The notes under the pieces are model-generated. The model was given only the letters and a program-made list of their open reading frames with translations, did no database searches and was not told where the DNA came from. DNA of 64,000 bases, taken from NCBI GenBank assembly GCA_965232985.1, contig CBDDRC010000012.1:140134-204133 (forward strand), given 5' to 3'. Numbering within the stretch: position 1 is the stretch's first letter; each line of letters begins with the position of its first letter. Below are positions 32,372 to 38,696 of the stretch, one piece after another. This stretch comes from an uncultured bacterium. Lineage in GTDB: Bacteria; Pseudomonadota; Gammaproteobacteria; Pseudomonadales; JADFDG01. Both the position numbers and the translations under genes were made by a program.

Positions 32372-33232
32372 TCAGGCGGACCGGCGACTCTGTGCCTCGG
32401 TCCAACGCGAAAAGTGTACCCGCTCGGTGCCTGCCATCCAGCGATTGATTTCCCACAGGTCAGCCACCGGGATGCGCGTGAACGGCAGTTCCTGCAGGTA
32501 GCCGTCGGGGCCGAATTCCGGCGTCATGGTGATCACCTGCCTGTCCTGTTGCGCCATTGCCGCCCACAGGATTTCCCACCAGTGCTGGTGGGCGTGCAGC
32601 GCCGCTGCATATTCCGGCGCGGCCGGGTGGGGAACCTGTGGGCCCTGGTCGTAACCGACGCGGGCATGGATGTGGTGTGCCTGCGGTGCCAGTTGCACGA
32701 TGGTGTCGATCTCGGTGTCGAGCAATCGTTCGCAGACCACACACCAGTGGCTGAAGTCAAAGGTGAAGCGCAGTTGCGGGATTGCCCGCGCGAAATCGGC
32801 GGTGATCCAGGGGTTGTACAGCGAGCGCGAGCGGTGCGTCTCGAAGCTGATGACGAGTGATTCGTGCTCGGCCAGTGCTATCGCTGCGCGGAAAAAACGC
32901 AGCGACGCAGTAAACGGCCAGGCGTCGCAGCCGCCGATGCAGGTGATGAACTGCGGGTTCAGTTCGCGCGCCCAGGCGAGCCGCTGCGCGAGCGAGAGCA
33001 GGTGGTCGTCGACACTGGCGCGCCGGTTCGGTACGTAGCTGCCGGCGGTGGTGATCTCGGCGATGTAGAGCAGGCCGTAGCGATCGAGTGCGGCAGCCAG
33101 TGCGGCGCGCTCTTCGGCGGTTTCCGGTATCTGGCCTTCAAGGCCCTGGAAACCGTTGGCCACGGCTTCGGCGGCAATCGTGTCGATATCGCCGCTGGCG
33201 CCCCACAGCGTCCGGAACATCCGCAATTCCAT
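32372..33232 (-). CDS. sugar-phosphate isomerase/epimerase-like TIM-barrel protein (xylose isomerase-like / AP endonuclease 2 fold)
   Basis: FRTLWG, FETHRSR, DFSHWCVVCERLL, HIHARVG, TPEFGPDGY putative metal ligands; starts 2 nt after the upstream stop. Confidence 0.85.
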   Translation of the reverse strand: MELRMFRTLWGASGDIDTIAAEAVANGFQGLEGQIPETAEERAALAAALDRYGLLYIAEITTAGSYVPNRRASVDDHLLSLAQRLAWARELNPQFITCIGGCDAWPFTASLRFFRAAIALAEHESLVISFETHRSRSLYNPWITADFARAIPQLRFTFDFSHWCVVCERLLDTEIDTIVQLAPQAHHIHARVGYDQGPQVPHPAAPEYAAALHAHQHWWEILWAAMAQQDRQVITMTPEFGPDGYLQELPFTRIPVADLWEINRWMAGTERVHFSRWTEAQSRRSA

Positions 33233-33234
33233 GG

Positions 33235-34032
33235 TCACTCCCGCGGCACAGGAAATCGGTCTCGGGCCCGGAAAAATTCCATGTCGTGATTGGGCCACAG
33301 GTCGGCGCCTTCATGGACTGCCAGTGTTTTCAGTTTGCGAATGCTGGTGAGTGCAAGGTCGGTGCGGTCCTGCCAGCACAGGCCCGGTGCGACTTCGTCG
33401 CGCAGGTTCTCGATCAAGTCGGCAGCATCGCCGCAGAGCAGGATCGGTGATCCCTTTGGTAATTCGATCAGCAACGACAGGTGTCCGGCAGTGTGACCAG
33501 GTGTCTCGATCGCGTGCACGCCGTCGCAGAGCGTGTATTCGGCGCATTGCACGCACCAGAGCACCGGATGGCTGCCATGGTCTTCGCGGAAGTCGTGGGC
33601 GAAGTAGGCGCTGTCGGCCGGTTCACGGGCGGCGTCGAGTTCTTTCTCATGGACATGCACATCGGCGTGGGCGAATTCGTGCAGGCCGCCGGCGTGGTCG
33701 AAATGCAGGTGGCTGCAGATGATGCAGTCGACATCCTTTGCATCGAGCCCGAGCTGTGCGAGCCGCGCCGGCAGGCGTTGTTCGTCGGTCACGGTCGGCG
33801 GGCCGAAGGCGAAGTCCGGCGTTGCGTAGAAGCGGGCGCGCAGTGCCGGGTCGTTTACCTTGCGGTAGTCGCAGCCGACGTCGTACAGGATGCGGCCGTT
33901 GTTCGTCTCGATGAGGTACGCGAGGATCGGCGCCTCGATGATTGAACCCGCATCGCGATCACGCGTCGACAACGATTTGTCGTAGCGGTGGGTGCCGACC
34001 AGCAGTGGCCAGAATTTCATTACGGAGGTCAC
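33235..34032 (-). CDS. metallo-beta-lactamase-fold hydrolase, N-acyl-homoserine lactonase family
   Basis: ILYDVG, SHLHFDHAGG (HxHxDH), TPGHTAGH, CGDAA, PNHD; start GTG 34032 or ATG 34020. Confidence 0.9.
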   Translation of the reverse strand: MTSVMKFWPLLVGTHRYDKSLSTRDRDAGSIIEAPILAYLIETNNGRILYDVGCDYRKVNDPALRARFYATPDFAFGPPTVTDEQRLPARLAQLGLDAKDVDCIICSHLHFDHAGGLHEFAHADVHVHEKELDAAREPADSAYFAHDFREDHGSHPVLWCVQCAEYTLCDGVHAIETPGHTAGHLSLLIELPKGSPILLCGDAADLIENLRDEVAPGLCWQDRTDLALTSIRKLKTLAVHEGADLWPNHDMEFFRARDRFPVPRE

Positions 34033-34065
34033 GTTGGGCTGGTCCGCTGCATCAGTGCGTGATCT

Positions 34066-35076
34066 TTAGTGCGTGGTCAGAAAGGAAACGCCGTCGACGC
34101 CGATGAATTCGCGGCCGCGCTCGGGGTAGGGGATTTTTTCGAGGCCCATGTCGGCGGGATCGGCATTCAGCAGGCGCCGGGTGCGAAAACGGTGATAGGC
34201 GCGCAACTGATTGGCGAAGGGGATCGACTGGCCGGTATCGTCGCCGTAGATTTCGCGCTGCAGCGCCGGCAGCCGGTGCCACGGCTGGTTGGGTTTGTCG
34301 TGATGGACGTTGTGGTAGCCGAAATTCAGCGTGAACAGGTTCAGCCACGGATGGCGCACGGAATGCAGGTTGGTGAAGGTATTGCGGTGTTCCCAGGCGG
34401 CATCGTAAGCGGGTTTTGCCGGGCGTTCGGCGTCGAGACGTTCGTCCACGGCGTAGGTGTGCTGAAACGCGTCCATGAAGCGCAGTACATGCAGCATCAG
34501 GAAATACGCCAGCGGGTAGAGTAGCAGCACACGCGGCGCGTACAGGGTGAGCAGGCCGAACAGTGTGGCGCGTATGGCGAGCGTAACGGCAACATGCAGG
34601 CGGCGATGCCGGCGCGGTGCGTACGTGAATGGCAGCACAATCACCAGCAGGTGCATGGCGAGGTCGAAAGCCGGGATGTATAGCCATTCGAGTGCGTGCA
34701 GGATTTTCACAAGGTGCGGCTGGCGGGCCAGCGCGGGCCGATAGTCGAAGGCGACCACATCAGCACGATCCACATGGTGGCGAAAATGTTTGTGGCGCAC
34801 GTCTGCGTACGTGGCATAACAGCCGCCGCACAACCACAGCAGCACCTTGCCAACGCGGGCATTGCCCGCGTTGGTGTCGAACAGCGTGTTGTGCGCGCAC
34901 TCATGCACAAGATAGGCGGCAATGATCATGGCGTGGCCGAGCAGCAGCACACCGGCGAGGTTTGCGGCCAGCGCGTCGCGGGTGATCAGCAGGAGGCCGA
35001 GTGCGTAGCCCCCGAAGGCATAGCCGAAGGCGAGCAGGTTGGGTTGTCGGCTGTCGGGATATTTGCAGTGCAGCAT
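34066..35076 (-). CDS. membrane fatty-acid-desaturase-superfamily di-iron enzyme
   Basis: His boxes HECAH, HFRHH and HNVHH plus TM segments; ATG 35076 lies 11 nt after the riboswitch P2 hairpin. Confidence 0.9.
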   Translation of the reverse strand: MLHCKYPDSRQPNLLAFGYAFGGYALGLLLITRDALAANLAGVLLLGHAMIIAAYLVHECAHNTLFDTNAGNARVGKVLLWLCGGCYATYADVRHKHFRHHVDRADVVAFDYRPALARQPHLVKILHALEWLYIPAFDLAMHLLVIVLPFTYAPRRHRRLHVAVTLAIRATLFGLLTLYAPRVLLLYPLAYFLMLHVLRFMDAFQHTYAVDERLDAERPAKPAYDAAWEHRNTFTNLHSVRHPWLNLFTLNFGYHNVHHDKPNQPWHRLPALQREIYGDDTGQSIPFANQLRAYHRFRTRRLLNADPADMGLEKIPYPERGREFIGVDGVSFLTTH

Positions 35077-35087
35077 GGCAAGTCCGG

Positions 35088-35139
35088 GCAGGTCGTCCCG
35101 CAACAAGGCAAACCTGACGCGGGTCGTCCCGCGTCAGGT
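35088..35139 (-). ncRNA. guanidine-II (mini-ykkC) riboswitch #1, leader of the desaturase operon
   Basis: minus strand: ACCTGACGCGGG-ACGA-CCCGCGTCAGGT, linker TTGCCTTGTT, GCGGG-ACGA-CCTGC; two GC-rich hairpins with ACGR loops just before the RBS and ATG. Confidence 0.9.
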
Positions 35140-35160
35140 GTTGGGTATCGGCGGAGCCGC

Positions 35161-35176
35161 AGCAAGAAGTCTGCCA
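35161..35176 (-). promoter_or_regulatory. sigma-54 promoter for the desaturase operon
   Basis: minus strand TGGCAGACTTCTTGCT; predicted +1 near 35150, about 11 nt before riboswitch P1. Confidence 0.78.
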
Positions 35177-35239
35177 AGGCCCGTGCGGGAGCTGCATGCC
35201 AGGTTCGAGCGGGTCAGTTCAGGTAAAAGCACAAGTCTG

Positions 35240-35319
35240 CGCACTGCTATGGTGCGCTGCGGTGATCGTCTGCGCCGGGGGTGCGCACTGCGCTGGCGCG
35301 GCCGGCACCAGCATCGCGC
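35240..35319. promoter_or_regulatory. NtrC-like enhancer boxes shared by the divergent sigma-54 promoters
   Basis: cGCAC-TGCTATG-GTGCg at 35240-35256 (GCAC-N7-GTGC); near-matches GCAC-N7-GCGC at 35285-35299 and 35305-35319. Confidence 0.6.
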
Positions 35320-35350
35320 GGAAATCCGTTACTTCACGGCTGCCAGGCGT

Positions 35351-35366
35351 TGGCACGCATCCTGCT
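35351..35366 (+). promoter_or_regulatory. sigma-54 promoter for the permease-ATPase-cgdAB-carboxylase-atzF operon
   Basis: TGGCACGCATCCTGCT. Confidence 0.75.
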
Positions 35367-35430
35367 GTTGCAAGATCTGCAGGCGATGGGGTTACGGCAG
35401 CGAGCGCGTCGTGATCACGGCGCAAAAACA

Positions 35431-35528
35431 GGCGACTAGGGTTCCGGCTCGCGTTTCGCGAGCGACTGGTCCGAGAGTTGCCGGCCTCCGGAACAGGAGG
35501 TGACACGGAGGGATAAAAGCCCGGGAGA
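35431..35528 (+). ncRNA. guanidine-I (ykkC-yxkD) riboswitch #2
   Basis: GGCGACTAGGGTTCCG...ACTGGTCCGAGAGTTGCC...CACGGAGGGATAAAAGCCCGGGAGA; the last 25 nt are identical to riboswitch #1. Confidence 0.93.
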
Positions 35529-35598
35529 CAGGATGCGCAGGAGTGCGTCCGCGCGTCTTCCGTCGCCCAGGTTCCGTCAGTCACCCGGAGGAGTGCAT

Positions 35599-36432
35599 GT
35601 GAAGCGTCTGATCAACCAGCGGCCGTCGCGTCTGGGTGCGTTGCTGCTCGCAGTCATTCCTTTTCTCGTCATCGTCGCGATTTACCTGTTCGCCTCCGCG
35701 CAACGGCATGCGGAAAACCCCGAGGATCGTCTGCTGCCGGGGATCAGCCAGCTGGCCAGCGGTGTCTCGCAGCTGGCGTTCGTGGCAGATCCGCGTACCG
35801 GTGATGTCCTGCTGTGGGTGGACTCCGCTGCGAGCCTGAAGCGCCTTGCCTGGGGCGTTGGCTTGTCTGCCTTGCTTGGCCTGTTGTTCGGTATGCTCAC
35901 CGGCATGTTGCCGCTGGCGCGATCGCCGCTGGCGCCGTTCATTGCGGTGCTGTCGCTGGTGCCGCCGATGGCAATCCTGCCGATTCTGTTCATCGCGCTG
36001 GGCCTCGACGAACTGTCCAAGGTGGTGCTGATCGTGCTCGGTGTCGCGCCGTTCATCATGCGCGACATCCAGCAGCGCGTGCTGGAAATTCCCGCCGAGC
36101 AACTGGTGAAGGCGCAATCGTTGGGGATGAACAGTTGGCAAATCGCATTGCGGGTAATTCTGCCGCAGGTAACGCCGCGGTTAATTGATTCGGTACGGCT
36201 GTCGCTCGGTGCGGCGTGGATTTTTCTGATTTCCGCAGAAGCAATCGCTGCTGAACAGGGCCTCGGTTACCGCATTTTCCTGGTACGTCGTTACATGGCG
36301 ATGGATACCATCCTGCCGTACGTGGTGTGGATCACGCTGCTGGCCTTCCTGATGGATCGCCTGCTGGCAGCGCTCAACCGCCGCGCCTTCCCCTGGCTTT
36401 ATACGGGCCGCACGGCCGGGGAGAGCGCATGA
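35599..36432 (+). CDS. ABC transporter permease (NitT/TauT type, urea-carboxylase-associated)
   Basis: about 6 TM helices, VPPMAILPILFI, EQLVKAQSLG (EAA-like loop), EAIAAEQGLGYRIFLVRRY; GGAGGA RBS before GTG. Confidence 0.92.
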   Translation: MKRLINQRPSRLGALLLAVIPFLVIVAIYLFASAQRHAENPEDRLLPGISQLASGVSQLAFVADPRTGDVLLWVDSAASLKRLAWGVGLSALLGLLFGMLTGMLPLARSPLAPFIAVLSLVPPMAILPILFIALGLDELSKVVLIVLGVAPFIMRDIQQRVLEIPAEQLVKAQSLGMNSWQIALRVILPQVTPRLIDSVRLSLGAAWIFLISAEAIAAEQGLGYRIFLVRRYMAMDTILPYVVWITLLAFLMDRLLAALNRRAFPWLYTGRTAGESA

Positions 36433-37193
36433 GCGTCATTGCCGTTGTACCCGGAGCGCGTACGAAGACGCCGCCGCAAATTCGCATTCGCAAGTTGTGG
36501 AAGTCGTACGGCGATCGCGTTGTGCTTGAAAACCTGTCACTCGATGTGCACGCAGGCGAGTTCGTTTCCATCGTCGGTGCCTCCGGTTGCGGCAAGACCA
36601 CCTTCTTTCGCATGTTGCTCGGCGAGGAACAACCCAGCCGTGGCGACATGCTGCTCGATGGCCAGCCCTGGCCGCAGGAGCCGGATGCCGATCGTGGTGT
36701 GGTATTCCAGAAATATTCGGTATTTCCGCATCTGACGGCTCTGGCCAACGTGCGGTTGACGCTGGAGGTGCCGAAAGCGCGTGTGCTGGGCCGATTGTTT
36801 GGCGCGGCACGACGTGATGCCGACGAAAAAGCCCATGCGATGCTCGCCAGTGTCGGCCTTGCCGACAGTACGAACAAATATCCGCACGAGCTTTCCGGCG
36901 GCATGCAGCAGCGCCTTGCGCTTGCCCAGTCGCTGGTTGCAAAACCGAAAATCCTGTTGCTCGACGAGCCGTTCGGCGCGCTTGATCCGGGCATGCGCGC
37001 CGATATGCACGGCCTGATGAAATCACTGTGGCGGCAGCATCGTTTCACCGTGTTTATGGTGACGCATGATATCGAGGAAGGCTTCAGCCTGGGCTCGCGG
37101 ATGCTGGTGTTCGATCGCGTTCGCGTCGATCCGCAGGCGCCGCAGCGCTATGGTGCGCAGATTACCTATGACCTGCCATTGAGGACGGAATGA
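36429..37193 (+). CDS. ABC transporter ATP-binding protein
   Basis: GASGCGKT, LSGGMQQR, LLLDEPFGALD, VTHD. Confidence 0.95.
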   Translation: MSVIAVVPGARTKTPPQIRIRKLWKSYGDRVVLENLSLDVHAGEFVSIVGASGCGKTTFFRMLLGEEQPSRGDMLLDGQPWPQEPDADRGVVFQKYSVFPHLTALANVRLTLEVPKARVLGRLFGAARRDADEKAHAMLASVGLADSTNKYPHELSGGMQQRLALAQSLVAKPKILLLDEPFGALDPGMRADMHGLMKSLWRQHRFTVFMVTHDIEEGFSLGSRMLVFDRVRVDPQAPQRYGAQITYDLPLRTE

Positions 37194-37933
37194 TGCAAGC
37201 CGGAATTCTTTATGCAGACACGCTTGGCGCCGGTTGCCACTGGTCGCAGCTCATGCCGAAAGGTCATGTGCTACGCCTCACCGACATCCACGGCGGCGCC
37301 AATATCGGCATGCTGATGTACAACCCGCTGGCAACGCTGGAGCGCTTGAATATTCCCGATACGCTCAAGTGTCAGCACACGTTCCGGCTGACCAGGGGGC
37401 ATTGCCTCTACTCGGACATGGGGCGCATTTTTTGCAGCATTGCGCGCGATGATTTTGGCTGGCACGACAGCGTCTGCGGCACCTGTGATCGCACCCTGGT
37501 CGAATCACGCTGGGGCAGGTTGACCTACCAGCAGGCGCGTAACGGGATGCACCGCAATGGCCGCGACGGGTTCCTCATCGAACTTGCCAAGCATGGCATG
37601 GGCAAAAAAGATCTCGCTGCCAACCTGAATCTGTTCAGCAAGGTTGTTGCCGATGCCGAAGGCAATTTGGTGCTCGCGGCAAAAGCGCCGGCCGGCGCCG
37701 TAGTTGAGCTGCGTTTCGAGATGGATACGCTGGTGGTGCTGCACAGCTGTCCGCATCCGCTGGATTTTTCTGCCGAATGGCCGGCACAGCCGGTGCGTTA
37801 CGAAATTTTCTCAAGCGAGACGGCGGCGGCTGTCGATCCGGCCGTGCTCGCGCGTGCGGAAAACGGGCGCGGTCTGCTGAACAATCGGCTTTATCAGCTC
37901 GGTTGCGCCTCGAGCGCCTGCGGAGGTCACTGA
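37190..37933 (+). CDS. cgdA: carboxyguanidine deiminase subunit A (urea amidolyase-associated protein UAAP1, DUF1989)
   Basis: [42 protein letters not shown]. Confidence 0.88.
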   Translation: MMQAGILYADTLGAGCHWSQLMPKGHVLRLTDIHGGANIGMLMYNPLATLERLNIPDTLKCQHTFRLTRGHCLYSDMGRIFCSIARDDFGWHDSVCGTCDRTLVESRWGRLTYQQARNGMHRNGRDGFLIELAKHGMGKKDLAANLNLFSKVVADAEGNLVLAAKAPAGAVVELRFEMDTLVVLHSCPHPLDFSAEWPAQPVRYEIFSSETAAAVDPAVLARAENGRGLLNNRLYQLGCASSACGGH

Positions 37934-37934
37934 G

Positions 37935-38573
37935 ATGCTGCGCGAGAGTGCGTTGAAAAGTGAGGACGCGTCGTACCGAGCAACCATTGGTGCCGGCGAC
38001 TACTGGATGCAGGTGGTGAAGGCCGGCCAGACGCTGCGCCTTGTCGATGTCGAGGGTAACCAGGCTGCCGACACGCTGTTCTACAACGCTGCCAGCCCGA
38101 CCGAGCGCTACAGTGCCGTCGACACCATCCAGCGGCAGGCGAATCTCTATCTGGGTGTCGGCACCCAATTGATCTCGACCGAAGGCCGGGCGCTGCTGGA
38201 AATTGTCGCCGATACCTGTGGTCGTCACGACACGCTCGGCGGCGCCTGCGCCACCGAAAGCAACACCGTGCGTTATGCGCTCGAAAAAAAGTGCATGCAT
38301 GCCTGCCGCGACAGTTACCTGTTGGCCGTCACCGAGAACGACCAGTACGGCCTGAGCAAGCGTGACATCACCCACAACATCAATTTCTTCATGAATGTGC
38401 CGGTGACGCCTGAGGGTGGCCTGATGTTCGCCGATGGCGTTTCCGGGCCGGGTAAATACGTGGAGTTGAAGGCGCTGATGGATGTGATCGTGCTGCTGTC
38501 GAATTGCCCGCAGTTGAACAATCCGTGCAATGACTACAACCCGACACCAATCGAGGTGCTGGTGTGGGATTGA
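37935..38573 (+). CDS. cgdB: carboxyguanidine deiminase subunit B (UAAP2, DUF1989)
   Basis: [48 protein letters not shown]. Confidence 0.9.
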   Translation: MLRESALKSEDASYRATIGAGDYWMQVVKAGQTLRLVDVEGNQAADTLFYNAASPTERYSAVDTIQRQANLYLGVGTQLISTEGRALLEIVADTCGRHDTLGGACATESNTVRYALEKKCMHACRDSYLLAVTENDQYGLSKRDITHNINFFMNVPVTPEGGLMFADGVSGPGKYVELKALMDVIVLLSNCPQLNNPCNDYNPTPIEVLVWD

Positions 38574-38639
38574 GGGGCGATGTGCGGTCCGTCGCAGCGT
38601 GCTGCCGGTACGGGTGAAAAATCAATGTAGTTGAATAAA

Positions 38640-38684
38640 CCTGTCGGGACGGCCCGCAGGGTTAAAAAAGGCAGGACGACCTGC
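38640..38684 (+). ncRNA. guanidine-II (mini-ykkC) riboswitch #2, internal to the operon, leader of the carboxylase
   Basis: CCTGTCGGG-ACGG-CCCGCAGG, linker GTTAAAAAAG, GCAGG-ACGA-CCTGC, then GCGGGA and ATGATGATG. Confidence 0.88.
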
Positions 38685-38696
38685 GCGGGAATGATG

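Noticed and set aside
35112-35139. The 12-bp perfect hairpin read as a terminator or REP element
   Set aside because: It has no T-tract, its loop is ACGA on the coding strand, and a second ACGA hairpin lies 10 nt away, which fits guanidine-II.
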